Part shown: piece after piece, positions 50,705-60,807 of the stretch
How positions within the stretch are numbered: the first letter of the stretch is position 1
Layout: every line of letters starts with the position of its first letter
Virus record (IMG/VR): IMGVR_UViG_3300031740_000001
DNA length: 64,000 bases
Direction: 5' to 3' (one strand)
DNA from: a virus
Taxonomy: Duplodnaviria > Heunggongvirae > Uroviricota > Caudoviricetes
Notes under the pieces: model-generated
What the model saw: only the letters and a program-made list of their open reading frames with translations
The model's database searches: none
Told to the model about the DNA's origin: nothing
Position numbers and translations under genes: made by a program

Positions 50705-52950
50705 GTGGATTCAGTAGTGATCCTAGCTTCTACGTCGTCTCCGGCCATGGCGCTGACCAGGGGTTTACCGAAGATGAAGCGTACGCGCTGCTCGCTGGTC
50801 TTGATGACACCAGCTCCACAGCCGTCATGCCGATGGTTGCTGCCGTGGATTCGGACGGGGAAGAGCACACGGGTGCGATGGTCGCGCTGGTGCCTACGGA
50901 TGCGGATATCGAGCGGCTGCTAGTCGAGGATGGGGAACCAGCTGATCAATTGCACCTCACGCTTATGTTTCTCGGTGAAGCGGCGGACATTTCCGAGAAC
51001 AGCCGTGCACAGATCATCGCTGCTGTGGAGCGTTATGCCGATGCTCAGCTGAGCGCGAATGGCTTCAGCGTCAACGTTTTCAACCCGATGGCGAGCAACT
51101 CGTGCATCGTGATGGGCGTTGGCAACGACGACGGAAGCCTGCAAGAGCTGCAGATGAACGTCGCGTCATCGCTGCGCGGGCTCGCTGGTCTGATGATCCC
51201 AGACCAGCACACTCCTTGGGTTCCGCATGTCACGTTGGCGTACACGGATGAGTTTGGCAAGGTAGAAGAGCTGGGTACGCGTACTGGACCCATCACTTTC
51301 GACAAGATTCGCGTTGCCTTCGGCGGCGAAGTACACGACATCCCGCTAGGAGGGACGATGACGGCATCTATTGAGGAGTTCGCAGAACGCGACGTTAACG
51401 CCCCCGGCGGAGGGCATGATCTACGTAATTACTGGACTAAAGGCGAGGGCGCAGCCAAGATCGGATGGGGTACGGACGGATCTTTCGCGCGCTGCGTGGC
51501 GCAGCTCGGGAAACACGTTCGTGACCCGCAAGGCCTGTGCGCGGAATATCATCATGCTGCGACAGGCGAATGGCCTGCGGAAAAAGGCGTGAAGAGCGGC
51601 GGCACCATGACGGAGTTCACGACTGAGGGTGTCATCCTCACAGCAGCTCAAGCAGCGAAGCAGGCGGAAGATGAGCCGTGGGAGGGTGTGCTCACCGTCG
51701 AGGGCGAAGAGTCCGGAGACGGGCGTCTCTTCGGCCATGGCTCCTTGGACTGGGCCGAACTGCCAATGCCCCTTATGTACCAGCCTGCGAGTGTGGGCGG
51801 CCATGACGCAAGCGTTCTCGCGGGTGCGATAACTTTTGCCGCGCGCAAGGGCAGCCAGATCTTTGGCCGTGGTCACGTCTTCGGCAACATGCTGGACAGC
51901 GAGCACGGTGACGGAATTCGCAACATGATGTCAACAGGCGGCGTTTCCGTTGATGTGGACAAGGTCAAGGATGTGGACGTGGAGATGGTCTTCGCCGATG
52001 GTGAAGCTGGGCTCATGTCCAAGCCTGAACTGACCGTGTTCCACCGTGGCCGGATCCGTGGCGCGACGCTGGTTGCCTTCCCGGCATTCGTGGAAGCCAA
52101 ACTTGCCTTCACCAATGAGGCGATGCTGACTGCTGCAGCTGGCGAAAGTTGTGACTGTTCAATGGGCGGGGATTCGTACGTTCTGAACGCCGCTAGCCAC
52201 ACGATCACCATTCCGGATGTTCCCCCGGCGGAGTGGTTTCAAGAGCCGACCGACGTGCAGGCAAAGGGCGCGCTGACCATCACGGACGAAGGCCGCGTGT
52301 TCGGCTGGCTGGCACCAGCGGGCGTCACCCATCGTTCGGTCCGTAAGACCGTACCTATGGGCGCGAACGTGGATTACAGCCGCTTCATGAAGAGCGAAAC
52401 CATTGTCGCTGGCGGTGGGCGCGTGGTGTCTGGAGTCATCACGGGCAATTGCGGTCACGCGGACACGGAGAACTACGGCACGCTAGCGAATCGGAAAAAG
52501 CATTATGATGATTCGTGTTCGGTCTTCGCGAATATTGCAGTTGGCCAGCGCCCTGGAAAAGGCGTCTGGGTCGCTGGTGCGCTCCGCCATGGCGTCACAG
52601 CAGAGCAGGTTGCGACGGCAATGGGATGCACGCTCTCAGGTGACTGGCAGCCACACCCGGACCGTCCTGGGGTGCAGGAGTTCATCGCGGCGTTGCTTGT
52701 ACCTGTGCCGGGATTTGCCATGGCTCGTACGCAGGCCTCGGTAACTACAGCATCGGCATCTGTCCTTTATCAAGATGGAGTTCTGACCGCTGCGGCGATT
52801 CCGGTCCAGTTCGGAGAGGCAATTCCGCGTAGCGAAATCGAAATTGCACAAGACATCATCACGGAGTACAAGGATCTGCTGCTGGCAAGCCTTGACCTCG
52901 ATCCTCAGAGCCGCAAAGATGCGGTTATGGCAGAACTAGAAATGGAGTAG
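50701..52950 (+). CDS. fusion protein: N-terminal 2H phosphoesterase (LigT/2',5'-RNA-ligase-like) domain plus a putative prohead protease/scaffold-like C-terminal region
   Basis: Two H-x-T-x motifs are present, LHLTLMFLGE and VPHVTLAYTD, about 100 aa apart as in LigT/CPDase. The downstream region has HD...VSVD segments that weakly resemble the S78 prohead protease. It lies between the ART gene and the major capsid gene with an ATGA overlap. Confidence 0.5.
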   Translation: MSGFSSDPSFYVVSGHGADQGFTEDEAYALLAGLDDTSSTAVMPMVAAVDSDGEEHTGAMVALVPTDADIERLLVEDGEPADQLHLTLMFLGEAADISENSRAQIIAAVERYADAQLSANGFSVNVFNPMASNSCIVMGVGNDDGSLQELQMNVASSLRGLAGLMIPDQHTPWVPHVTLAYTDEFGKVEELGTRTGPITFDKIRVAFGGEVHDIPLGGTMTASIEEFAERDVNAPGGGHDLRNYWTKGEGAAKIGWGTDGSFARCVAQLGKHVRDPQGLCAEYHHAATGEWPAEKGVKSGGTMTEFTTEGVILTAAQAAKQAEDEPWEGVLTVEGEESGDGRLFGHGSLDWAELPMPLMYQPASVGGHDASVLAGAITFAARKGSQIFGRGHVFGNMLDSEHGDGIRNMMSTGGVSVDVDKVKDVDVEMVFADGEAGLMSKPELTVFHRGRIRGATLVAFPAFVEAKLAFTNEAMLTAAAGESCDCSMGGDSYVLNAASHTITIPDVPPAEWFQEPTDVQAKGALTITDEGRVFGWLAPAGVTHRSVRKTVPMGANVDYSRFMKSETIVAGGGRVVSGVITGNCGHADTENYGTLANRKKHYDDSCSVFANIAVGQRPGKGVWVAGALRHGVTAEQVATAMGCTLSGDWQPHPDRPGVQEFIAALLVPVPGFAMARTQASVTTASASVLYQDGVLTAAAIPVQFGEAIPRSEIEIAQDIITEYKDLLLASLDLDPQSRKDAVMAELEME

Positions 52951-52953
52951 GGC

Positions 52954-53121
52954 ATGTGTGGATGTGGGCGGAGTCGTAATCGCGAAGTGGTCACCACGGC
53001 GCAGGCGCAGGGCGACGCGGAAGCGCGGGCACTCATGAATCAGCTAGAGCAGCAGACTGTTTCTGCAGCTGAGGCCATGCTGAAGTCGGCAACGAACGCA
53101 GTAGGCAACGCGCGTTCATAG
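52954..53121 (+). CDS. small protein (55 aa)
   Basis: GAAATGGAGTAGGGC-ATG Shine-Dalgarno. Translation: MCGCGRSRNREVVTTAQAQGDAEARALMNQLEQQTVSAAEAMLKSATNAVGNARS. It is followed by a terminator. Confidence 0.4.
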   Translation: MCGCGRSRNREVVTTAQAQGDAEARALMNQLEQQTVSAAEAMLKSATNAVGNARS

Positions 53122-53140
53122 TCCGAATTAACGCGAAATC

Positions 53141-53170
53141 AGGAGGCATTTGCTTATGCCTCCTTTTTTC
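53141..53170 (+). terminator. rho-independent terminator
   Basis: GGAGGCAT-TTGCTT-ATGCCTCC, followed by TTTTTTC. Confidence 0.6.
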
Positions 53171-53231
53171 TCTATCATCACGCTTAGACGGGCCGGTCTA
53201 GCAAAACACATACCCATGAAGGGGTTGACCG

Positions 53232-54923
53232 GTGTCTAAGGACGAAAAACTGAGTCTCCCAGAGGACATCACAACCCTCAGTGGAGCAGACCTTGATGCT
53301 TTCGTAGCGCAGGCTAGCGAGCGTGTGAAGCAGCTGCACAGCAGCGGCAGCACCGAATTCGCGCAGCAGACCGCCGAGGCAGACGAGATGGCCAGCTTGG
53401 CTGGCGACGTGCGCAAGGTGCGGCTTGAGAAGGCTCGCCGTAACGACCAATTCGCGAAGAACGACAGCGCGAAGGCCGATGCACAGGCGCTTCTGGATGA
53501 GCTGGCGGCTGAAGAGGCTGCAGCGGCCGAGGCCGTACAGGCTGAAGCACCGGCTGTGGAGACCGTTACCGCGTCAGCTCGGCCGCACGGTGGCGCGATC
53601 ACCAATCCCGTGCAGCGGGGCACTTTCAAGAACCCGAGTCTTGCCGATGCGCAGCAGACGGTAAAGCAGCAGCCTGCAGAGCGTCGTGAGAGCGTGCTTA
53701 CCGCTAGTGCTGACATTCCGGGCTTCGGCGCTGGCGTCAAGATGGACGGCATGGAGGACCTCACCCGCGCGTTGACCGCTCGGGCGAAAAGCCTCCCGAT
53801 CACGCACCGTGGCGACGACGCTCCGCGTTATCCGATTGCTTCGCTCAATCGCGAGTTCAAGTACTCGCTAGACATGCAGTCCACCCCGGAGCAGATCAAC
53901 GAGGTTCTCACGGCGGCGATGAACCCGGAGATCCTGATCGCGGCCGGTGGCTGGTGTTCGCCGAGTGAGATCTCTTACGACTTTTTCAACCTCGTCTGTG
54001 ATGACGGTGCGCTCGATCTCCCCACGGTTGGTATCAACCGGGGTGGTATCCGCTGGCCGATTTCGCCGAGCTTCGCAGATGTCACCAGCTCGACTGCACT
54101 ATGGTCCTGGACCGAGACTCAGGACATCGCGGCCGTCACCGGTACCGCTCAGTCAGGCACCAAGACCTGCGGCCGTGTGCCGTGTGTGACCTTCGACGAA
54201 GAGCGTCTGCACTGCGATGGTATCTGCCTCACGGTCGGTAACCTGACCGAGGACAGCTACCCGGAGTTGATCTCCAACTTCACGAAGCTGCTCTTCGCAG
54301 CCCACTTCCACAAGATGAACCGTGCACGGATCAACGAGCTGCGTACCTTGTCGGCTTCGTTCACCGTGACCAACGGCGACGCTGGTTCTGGTGTTGTGGC
54401 ACCGGTTCTCGGCGCGCTGGAGCTTCAGGCGATCGACTACCGCTCGCGTTATGCGATGTGCGAAAACGCTCTCCTTGAGGTTATTGCGCCCCGCTGGCTG
54501 CGTGGCGCAATGCGCTCTGACCTGCGCAAGCGTATGGGTTCCGGCACTGACATGCTCAGCGCCTCGGACGCCTACCTCATGCAGCTCTTCGATGCGATCA
54601 ACATCCGCATTCAGTGGGTTTCGGACTACCAGGAGCGGACTACCGGCTTCCCGGGTATGCCGAGCACGCTGATGACCGCGTGGCCGACCACGGTTGAGTT
54701 CATGATGATGGCTCCCGGCACTGCGGTGCTTGGCCAGGGTCTTCGCCTGGACTTGGGTATCATCCGCGACTCTGTCCTCAACGCCACGAACGACCACACG
54801 GCGGAGTGGATGGAAGAGTGCTGGTTGATCTTCAACCCGGGCCACGAGATCCGGCGTCTGACTGTCAACATCTGCCCGGACGGCACGACCGGCGCGGCCG
54901 ACCTGACCGCGTGCGGCGTCTAA
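53232..54923 (+). CDS. major capsid protein (HK97-fold) with an N-terminal scaffolding-like delta domain
   Basis: 563 aa. The N-terminal ~150 aa form an A/E/Q-rich coiled coil. The remainder has a capsid-like composition. It sits after the protease-like gene. Confidence 0.65.
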   Translation: MSKDEKLSLPEDITTLSGADLDAFVAQASERVKQLHSSGSTEFAQQTAEADEMASLAGDVRKVRLEKARRNDQFAKNDSAKADAQALLDELAAEEAAAAEAVQAEAPAVETVTASARPHGGAITNPVQRGTFKNPSLADAQQTVKQQPAERRESVLTASADIPGFGAGVKMDGMEDLTRALTARAKSLPITHRGDDAPRYPIASLNREFKYSLDMQSTPEQINEVLTAAMNPEILIAAGGWCSPSEISYDFFNLVCDDGALDLPTVGINRGGIRWPISPSFADVTSSTALWSWTETQDIAAVTGTAQSGTKTCGRVPCVTFDEERLHCDGICLTVGNLTEDSYPELISNFTKLLFAAHFHKMNRARINELRTLSASFTVTNGDAGSGVVAPVLGALELQAIDYRSRYAMCENALLEVIAPRWLRGAMRSDLRKRMGSGTDMLSASDAYLMQLFDAINIRIQWVSDYQERTTGFPGMPSTLMTAWPTTVEFMMMAPGTAVLGQGLRLDLGIIRDSVLNATNDHTAEWMEECWLIFNPGHEIRRLTVNICPDGTTGAADLTACGV

Positions 54924-54965
54924 TCCTTACCCGATAACAGATTTCGGATACACGAAAGGGTGTGA

Positions 54966-55874
54966 GTGTCAATGGTTAGTCCACGTGACTGGGCGTCACC
55001 ACCGACGTTCACCCCTTTCCCGTACCGTCTCAAGACTGTCGCGACGGAAGTTGAGCAGTTCACGGGACATCAGAAGCTCGGAATCATGTACCAGTCCGAT
55101 GCTTGTGTGCGTCCGCTGGAGACGAGCACGCAATGCCTGACAGGTGTTGGTGCAGTGAAGACTCCGCTGTCCGGTGCGAACTGGCGCGGCGCGAATCCGT
55201 TCGTCGTCTACACCTGGCTTGACTGCGATCTGGTCGGCGTTGGTGAGGAGGAGCTTCGTTCTCGTACGCTTCGCGCACATCAGAACAACGTGCAGTGGCA
55301 GGTGGAGAACATCTTCTGGACGGGTGGGCTCTACAACACCTATCCACACCTTGCCTACACCGGCGCTGATGTGGTGGAGATTTCAGGTGGTTCTGAGGTT
55401 CTGCTTCAGACCTCTGCAATCACTCCTGTCACCGGCGCGTACGACATCGTTGAAGGCCTTGGGCTGCTGGAGTACTACATGGGCAACTGCTACGGCGGGC
55501 GTCCAGTAATCCACATGGCGCAGATGGGCCTAGCTCATCTGGCGGCAAACCATCTTCTCGTGGAAAAGAACGGCAAGCTCTACACACCAGGCGGCAGCTT
55601 GGTAGTAGCTGCGCCGGGCTATGGGCGCACCGGTCCTAATGGGATTGCTCCCGCAAGCGGTGGGTTCTGGATGTATGGAACTGGCGCTATCAAAATGTGG
55701 CAGAGCGATGTCCAGCTTATGGCGCGGGACACCAAAGAAATGCTTTTGCGTACGAACAATGACACCGTCCTTATCGCGGAGCAATGGTTCGCGGTGGGTT
55801 GGGATTGTTGCCACTACGCAGTTCAAATCTCATCTGGTGGCGTGATCACCGGTACCCCGATTTCTGCGACGTAG
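54966..55874 (+). CDS. virion structural protein (head-tail connector or adaptor candidate)
   Basis: 302 aa, immediately downstream of the capsid gene. Confidence 0.4.
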   Translation: MSMVSPRDWASPPTFTPFPYRLKTVATEVEQFTGHQKLGIMYQSDACVRPLETSTQCLTGVGAVKTPLSGANWRGANPFVVYTWLDCDLVGVGEEELRSRTLRAHQNNVQWQVENIFWTGGLYNTYPHLAYTGADVVEISGGSEVLLQTSAITPVTGAYDIVEGLGLLEYYMGNCYGGRPVIHMAQMGLAHLAANHLLVEKNGKLYTPGGSLVVAAPGYGRTGPNGIAPASGGFWMYGTGAIKMWQSDVQLMARDTKEMLLRTNNDTVLIAEQWFAVGWDCCHYAVQISSGGVITGTPISAT

Positions 55875-55885
55875 GAGGAGTTCAG

Positions 55886-56569
55886 ATGGTTGCCTACTGC
55901 GGTCCCGCAGCTCAGGGAACAGTTATCCGAGTGGTCAAGCTCAACGTCTGTGGTGCTCCGGTCACCGGCGCATCCAGTGCGGTTGTGGTGACCGATGGCT
56001 ACACGCAGGTGAGCCCGGAACCTCAATATGAAGATGGCGATACCTTCCGCACCAAGAACGCGGCTGGTGAGCTGTGTGGCAACAAGGTGGGGCCGAACAT
56101 CTACGTCAACTCCAACATCACAGTAAACATGTGTGTGGCGGATCCTGACGTGAGTGCACTCATCACCGGTAGCCGACTGCTGCTTACTAACAGCGTGACT
56201 GGTACGGGCGCGGCCTACGGGTACAACAACCCAGAGGCTCACTTCTCCCTAGAGACGTGGCAGCCTATCACCGGCCGTGGTCGCTGCGATCCGGTCACCG
56301 GGCTCCAGCGGTATCTGTACTGGGCCTGGATGCACGTGTGGAACGCGAAGGTCTCCAGCTTCAATATCGGCAATGAGGCTCTGATCCTCGGCTTCGAGGC
56401 GATGACGGAATACCCGTCAGCGTTGTGGGGTCGCGGTCCTGGTTCTGCGCCGTACTGGATTGACAGTGCGATCGACACCACGAACTACATCGACGACTTC
56501 CTGTGGAACATCACCACGACCCCGCCTCCCACCGTGCCGACCAACTGCGGCGCATTCCTGCTGACGTAA
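55886..56569 (+). CDS. virion structural protein (major tail or decoration candidate)
   Basis: AGGAGGAG Shine-Dalgarno 6 nt upstream of the ATG. 227 aa, Gly/Thr/Asn-rich. Confidence 0.45.
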   Translation: MVAYCGPAAQGTVIRVVKLNVCGAPVTGASSAVVVTDGYTQVSPEPQYEDGDTFRTKNAAGELCGNKVGPNIYVNSNITVNMCVADPDVSALITGSRLLLTNSVTGTGAAYGYNNPEAHFSLETWQPITGRGRCDPVTGLQRYLYWAWMHVWNAKVSSFNIGNEALILGFEAMTEYPSALWGRGPGSAPYWIDSAIDTTNYIDDFLWNITTTPPPTVPTNCGAFLLT

Positions 56570-56579
56570 GATCAAAGCC

Positions 56580-56858
56580 ATGCTGATGTCGTGTCCAGAG
56601 TGCCCAAAAAAGCTGATGGTCCCTAATGGGAAATCAGTGCTTCACAACTGCTCTGGACACGGCGGCCTGCTGGTCCCGATGGTCCCAGACGGCACGCGGG
56701 CAAAGGTCACGATCGTCGAGCGTGAAGACTACGTGGGCGATCAGCTGGTAAGACTGCACGAAGGTCGTCCAGTCATGGCGGTTGTAGTAACACGAGAAGA
56801 GGGCGAAGACCGAGTGGTCTTCGCGCCCACGGCAGTAGGCGGAGGAGGTACGTCATGA
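56580..56858 (+). CDS. hypothetical structural-module protein
   Basis: 92 aa. Confidence 0.45.
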   Translation: MLMSCPECPKKLMVPNGKSVLHNCSGHGGLLVPMVPDGTRAKVTIVEREDYVGDQLVRLHEGRPVMAVVVTREEGEDRVVFAPTAVGGGGTS

Positions 56859-57328
56859 GCTGGTCAGCTGGCAAGATTTTCCGGCCGTTCCTCGCTGATG
56901 TCCTGGGTAACGTTGCGGCATTCGACTTGGACGCGGACTCCATCAAGGTTGCGCTGTACAACAACAGCATCACACCTGACTCCAACGTGAGCAGCGCAAA
57001 CAGCGCCTACAATGCAGGGCAATGGGCGCTGGCGAACGAGGTTTCGCAGGCGGTGCAGTGGCCTGCTGGTGGAGTGGCGCTGGCTGGACAGGTCGTCAAT
57101 TCTGCGACTTCTGACGTGGTCTTCTTTGATGCTAACGACACAGCATCTGGTGCTGCAGCAACGCTTTCCAACGTTTTCGGGTGCCTGGTCTATGACGACA
57201 CCCTTGCCGCACCAGTGGCGGATCAGGGTATCTGCTTCAACTACTTTGGTGGGACCAACTCGGTCGTCAACGGCACTCTCACGGTCGTCTGGAACGTACT
57301 AGGTATCTTCCGGTACACCCATACGTAG
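56855..57328 (+). CDS. virion structural protein (putative)
   Basis: 157 aa, Ala/Ser/Asn-rich, ATGA coupling. Confidence 0.45.
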   Translation: MSWSAGKIFRPFLADVLGNVAAFDLDADSIKVALYNNSITPDSNVSSANSAYNAGQWALANEVSQAVQWPAGGVALAGQVVNSATSDVVFFDANDTASGAAATLSNVFGCLVYDDTLAAPVADQGICFNYFGGTNSVVNGTLTVVWNVLGIFRYTHT

Positions 57329-57339
57329 GAGGGTGAGCC

Positions 57340-59037
57340 GTGGCGGGTACGTTCCTCTTCAACAACGGTAACGCTGGTCATCTTTGCGATATGGGTGTCG
57401 CTCCAGCTGTGGGCGAAACCACTGTTTTGTGCATCAACTCTGATACCGTCGTTACAGCGGTAACTTCGTCAGCTGGTGCTGCTTGGGTGTTGGCTGAGTC
57501 TTCAGTGGCTGCTCAAGGCTCATATATCTATTATCGTAAAGCAACTGGTGGCGAGCCCAGTACCTTTACCGTGACGACAACCGGTAATTTCAACACTCAC
57601 GTCGGCTGGAGTGGCTGGCCCAGTCTCAATGCACTGGACACGTCTACCAACACACAAGCATCCAGCGCAAATGTCATTACCCCCATACACTCCACTGGTG
57701 TGATGGCCGAAAACACTGAGCTAGTCATTGCCTTCGGTGCGCTGCATGCAATTGGTATTGCAGATCAAAACACTCCTATCTGGTCCACCGGTTTTACTGA
57801 GCTGACCTCTTCGGCTGCTCAGGGTACCGGTGGCTCTGGCGTGCGCGGGTATGTCGGTTACAAGCAGAACGCTGGCACAGCAGCAGAAGCACCACGGGTT
57901 CAGTGGTCCGGCGACAACGTCACCGACCGATACATGCTCACCGTGTCATTCACGACGATCGGTGCCAACGTCAACGTTCCGGCGAGCAACGCCGCTGGAA
58001 CCGGAACCGCAAGCAACCCGAAAATGGCCGTCAGCCCCTCTGTGGGCGTAGATCTCGGTACAGGGGTAGCCAACCCTGCATCTATACTCATTAGCCCGTC
58101 TGTGGGCGTCTCAGCGGGCTCTGGGGCTGCCCTAGACGCTAGTACTACCATTGCCACGTCAGGCGTTGGAACCGCCGCTGGAATCGGGGCAGCGCCTAAC
58201 CCCTCGATTTCTATCGAAATGGGGGGAGATGTGCATCTCTACAAGTTTGGGCCGTGCGAGCCCTGGGATCCGATCTGGACATGCAATATCTCACTGATTA
58301 CCGGTGCGGCCGAGGTCACCGGGGTAGCGGTACAAGCAGCGTCCGAGATACTTTATCAGCTTAGTGCACAACGTTTCGGACTGTGCTCTGTCCAGCTGCG
58401 GCCCTGCCGGAAGTCCTGCCAGAGCAGCTTCCCGTGGTACAGCTGGTGGCAGTACGGCACCTATCCGCAGCCTTACTGGTGGAACGGCACCTGGTACAAC
58501 CTAGCCTGCAATAGCTGCCCGGAGAACAGCTGCTCTTGTATCGGCCTGGCCGAGACTGAGCTTCCCGGACCAGTGCACAGCATCGTGGAAGTCAAGCTGA
58601 ACGGTGAAGTCCTGGTTGAAGGCGTGGACTACCGCGTGGACGACTACCGGAAGCTGGTGCGTCTCGGCGGGGACCAATGGCCTTATTGCCAGGACATGCG
58701 GCTGGCGGACACCGAAGATAACACCTGGTCAGTAACGGCTGAGTACGGCGAAGTGGTGCCGACCATCGGCCGGATGGCTGTGGGTGAGCTGGCGCTGGAA
58801 TTCGTCAAGTACCTGTTGTGCGATGACAACTGCCAATTCCCTTACGGAGTTGTCGACATCTCGCGGCAGGGCGTTTCCATGTCCATCCAGAGCATCGCTG
58901 ACCTGATCAAGACCGGTATGCTCAATTTGCGGATGTGCGACATGTTCATTATGGCGACCAATCCGCAGCACATGACCGCGCGTGCAGCCGTATATGACCT
59001 GGATGCGCCTACGTATCGGGCGGTGGGTACGACATGA
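57340..59037 (+). CDS. large structural protein with a Cys-rich C-terminal domain
   Basis: 565 aa. An internal imperfect repeat reads SPSVGVDLGTGVANPASILISPSVGVSAGSGAAL. The C-terminus has at least 14 Cys. Confidence 0.45.
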   Translation: MAGTFLFNNGNAGHLCDMGVAPAVGETTVLCINSDTVVTAVTSSAGAAWVLAESSVAAQGSYIYYRKATGGEPSTFTVTTTGNFNTHVGWSGWPSLNALDTSTNTQASSANVITPIHSTGVMAENTELVIAFGALHAIGIADQNTPIWSTGFTELTSSAAQGTGGSGVRGYVGYKQNAGTAAEAPRVQWSGDNVTDRYMLTVSFTTIGANVNVPASNAAGTGTASNPKMAVSPSVGVDLGTGVANPASILISPSVGVSAGSGAALDASTTIATSGVGTAAGIGAAPNPSISIEMGGDVHLYKFGPCEPWDPIWTCNISLITGAAEVTGVAVQAASEILYQLSAQRFGLCSVQLRPCRKSCQSSFPWYSWWQYGTYPQPYWWNGTWYNLACNSCPENSCSCIGLAETELPGPVHSIVEVKLNGEVLVEGVDYRVDDYRKLVRLGGDQWPYCQDMRLADTEDNTWSVTAEYGEVVPTIGRMAVGELALEFVKYLLCDDNCQFPYGVVDISRQGVSMSIQSIADLIKTGMLNLRMCDMFIMATNPQHMTARAAVYDLDAPTYRAVGTT

Positions 59038-59558
59038 TCGAAGCGTGGACCGCTGCAGCGATCGTTACCGGCGTGGGTATGTGCGTGGTGGAGCAGCTCG
59101 GGAACACGCCGGAAACCGGCGCGCTTCCGCAACGCATCATCCTCATGACACCAGGTGAGATCGCTTGGGACGGCTGTGATTGCGGCCAATTCGCTCAGAG
59201 CTTGCAGGCTGATTATCCGTCCAGCATCTTCCCGCAGGACACCAGCCAGCAGCCAGACCGTGGCGCAGGTTGCAATGATCCGCCACTGGCGTATCAGGTG
59301 CTAGCGTCCATCGCGCGTTGTGTGCCGGGAATGACTGGTGGTCAAGTACCGCAACCGCCTCTTCCAGAAAAGCTATTAGCAGCTGCCTTGCGTATGGAAG
59401 GTGACGCGTTCGCCCTACGTACGGGTGTGGAATGTTGCCTATCAGACTATAAGCGAGATCGCCGGATTACCGACTTCCGCGTGGGCCGTGCAGACAAGGC
59501 GGGACCAGAGGGCAATTGTGCGGCCGTGGTGATGCAGTACTGGTTTTCGCTGGTCTAA
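59034..59558 (+). CDS. structural-module protein
   Basis: 174 aa with ATGA coupling. Confidence 0.45.
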   Translation: MIEAWTAAAIVTGVGMCVVEQLGNTPETGALPQRIILMTPGEIAWDGCDCGQFAQSLQADYPSSIFPQDTSQQPDRGAGCNDPPLAYQVLASIARCVPGMTGGQVPQPPLPEKLLAAALRMEGDAFALRTGVECCLSDYKRDRRITDFRVGRADKAGPEGNCAAVVMQYWFSLV

Positions 59559-59623
59559 GGTCTAAAAATGTGGTCCTTAAGTCGCTTAAGGCCCAAGAAA
59601 GTGGACGTTAAGAGAGGAGAGCC

Positions 59624-60082
59624 GTGGCATCGTCGATACACCATAAGCTAGATCTCTCTGTCCTTCAGTACATGTTCCATAGCCCGAACGGCGCAGTAGC
59701 TAAAGACTTGATGAAGCGCGGTGCGCGTGTCGAGTCCCGTGCGAAGAGGAACGTTTCTGGCATTGGTGGGAGTGGTCCCAAGCGTGTGGACACGGGACAC
59801 CTACGCTCTAGCATCAATCACAAGTTGGTCATTCGGCCAGAAGGCTTCAGCGTTCGCGTCGGCACGAACGTTTACTACGCCCGTTGGGTACACGACGGTA
59901 CCGGACTTTATGGTCCAAAACATATGGTGATCAAGCCGAAGCGGGCGAAGGCCATGGTATGGCGGTCAAAGCTTCACGGCCATAAGACCGGAAAGTTCGC
60001 GGGCTTTGTCGTGTCCAAGAGCACCAAGGGCATGCGACCAAACCCGTTTCTAGCTGCGGCGTTGCCTGCGTTCCGGAACTGA
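59624..60082 (+). CDS. HK97 gp10-family head-tail joining protein
   Basis: ...KRVDTGHLRSSINHKL... matches the DTG-x-LR-x-SI signature of the HK97 gp10 family. Confidence 0.5.
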   Translation: MASSIHHKLDLSVLQYMFHSPNGAVAKDLMKRGARVESRAKRNVSGIGGSGPKRVDTGHLRSSINHKLVIRPEGFSVRVGTNVYYARWVHDGTGLYGPKHMVIKPKRAKAMVWRSKLHGHKTGKFAGFVVSKSTKGMRPNPFLAAALPAFRN

Positions 60083-60128
60083 AAACTGTTCGTGCAGGTC
60101 GGCCGTAGCTCTGTCGTAAAGTTAGCTC

Positions 60129-60566
60129 ATGTCCGAAACCGCGATTTTTAGGGATTTCACCAAGAAGCGCCGTGAAATCTTCTTTACCATTGATGAAGAG
60201 CGCTTTGATTGCCGTAAGGCGCTTGGTGCTGCCGATCTTCAACAGGCAATGCTCAAGTTCAAGAGTGCACGTTCTGATGACGAAGACGTTACTGCGGAAA
60301 ATGTGTTGGCAAAGATTTCAGCTGCTCTTGAGCTGCTGCTTTTGCCCGATGCGCACGCTCGTTTCATGGCCGCTGTGCTCGATCGCGACCGTCTAGAGCC
60401 TATCGATCTACCTCAACTGACTGAGATCTTTCAGTGGCTGATTGAGCAGTACACGGTCCGCCCTACACAAGCGTTGTCCGAATCCTCGACTTTATCGAGC
60501 ATAGACAACGCTGGCATCGGTTTTCTGGATGGTGCGCTGCCGCTGGATTCGACCCCCTTACCTTAG
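60129..60566 (+). CDS. tail assembly chaperone (G-like), with a candidate -1 frameshift extension to about 60811
   Basis: 145 aa, acidic, immediately upstream of the tape measure gene. The -1 frame stays open from about 60450 to 60811. A GGTTTTC slippery-like site lies at about 60527. Confidence 0.4.
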   Translation: MSETAIFRDFTKKRREIFFTIDEERFDCRKALGAADLQQAMLKFKSARSDDEDVTAENVLAKISAALELLLLPDAHARFMAAVLDRDRLEPIDLPQLTEIFQWLIEQYTVRPTQALSESSTLSSIDNAGIGFLDGALPLDSTPLP

Positions 60567-60807
60567 CTCTTCCTCGTTTCTTTGACCTGGTCAACTTCTG
60601 GATCGTTGAAGTCTTCATCATCGCCAGTAGTGAAGATCACCAAAGGGAGCGAACTAAACTGAATACGGAGCTTATCGGGCATATGGGCACATGGGTGCAG
60701 GAGCGTTCACCACGTGGAGTCCCTAGGCCGGATTGGTTCCAAGATGTCACCTTTGACGACATTGAACAGATGGCGCGGGTGATGCCTACACGAAGGAGGG
60801 CACAATC

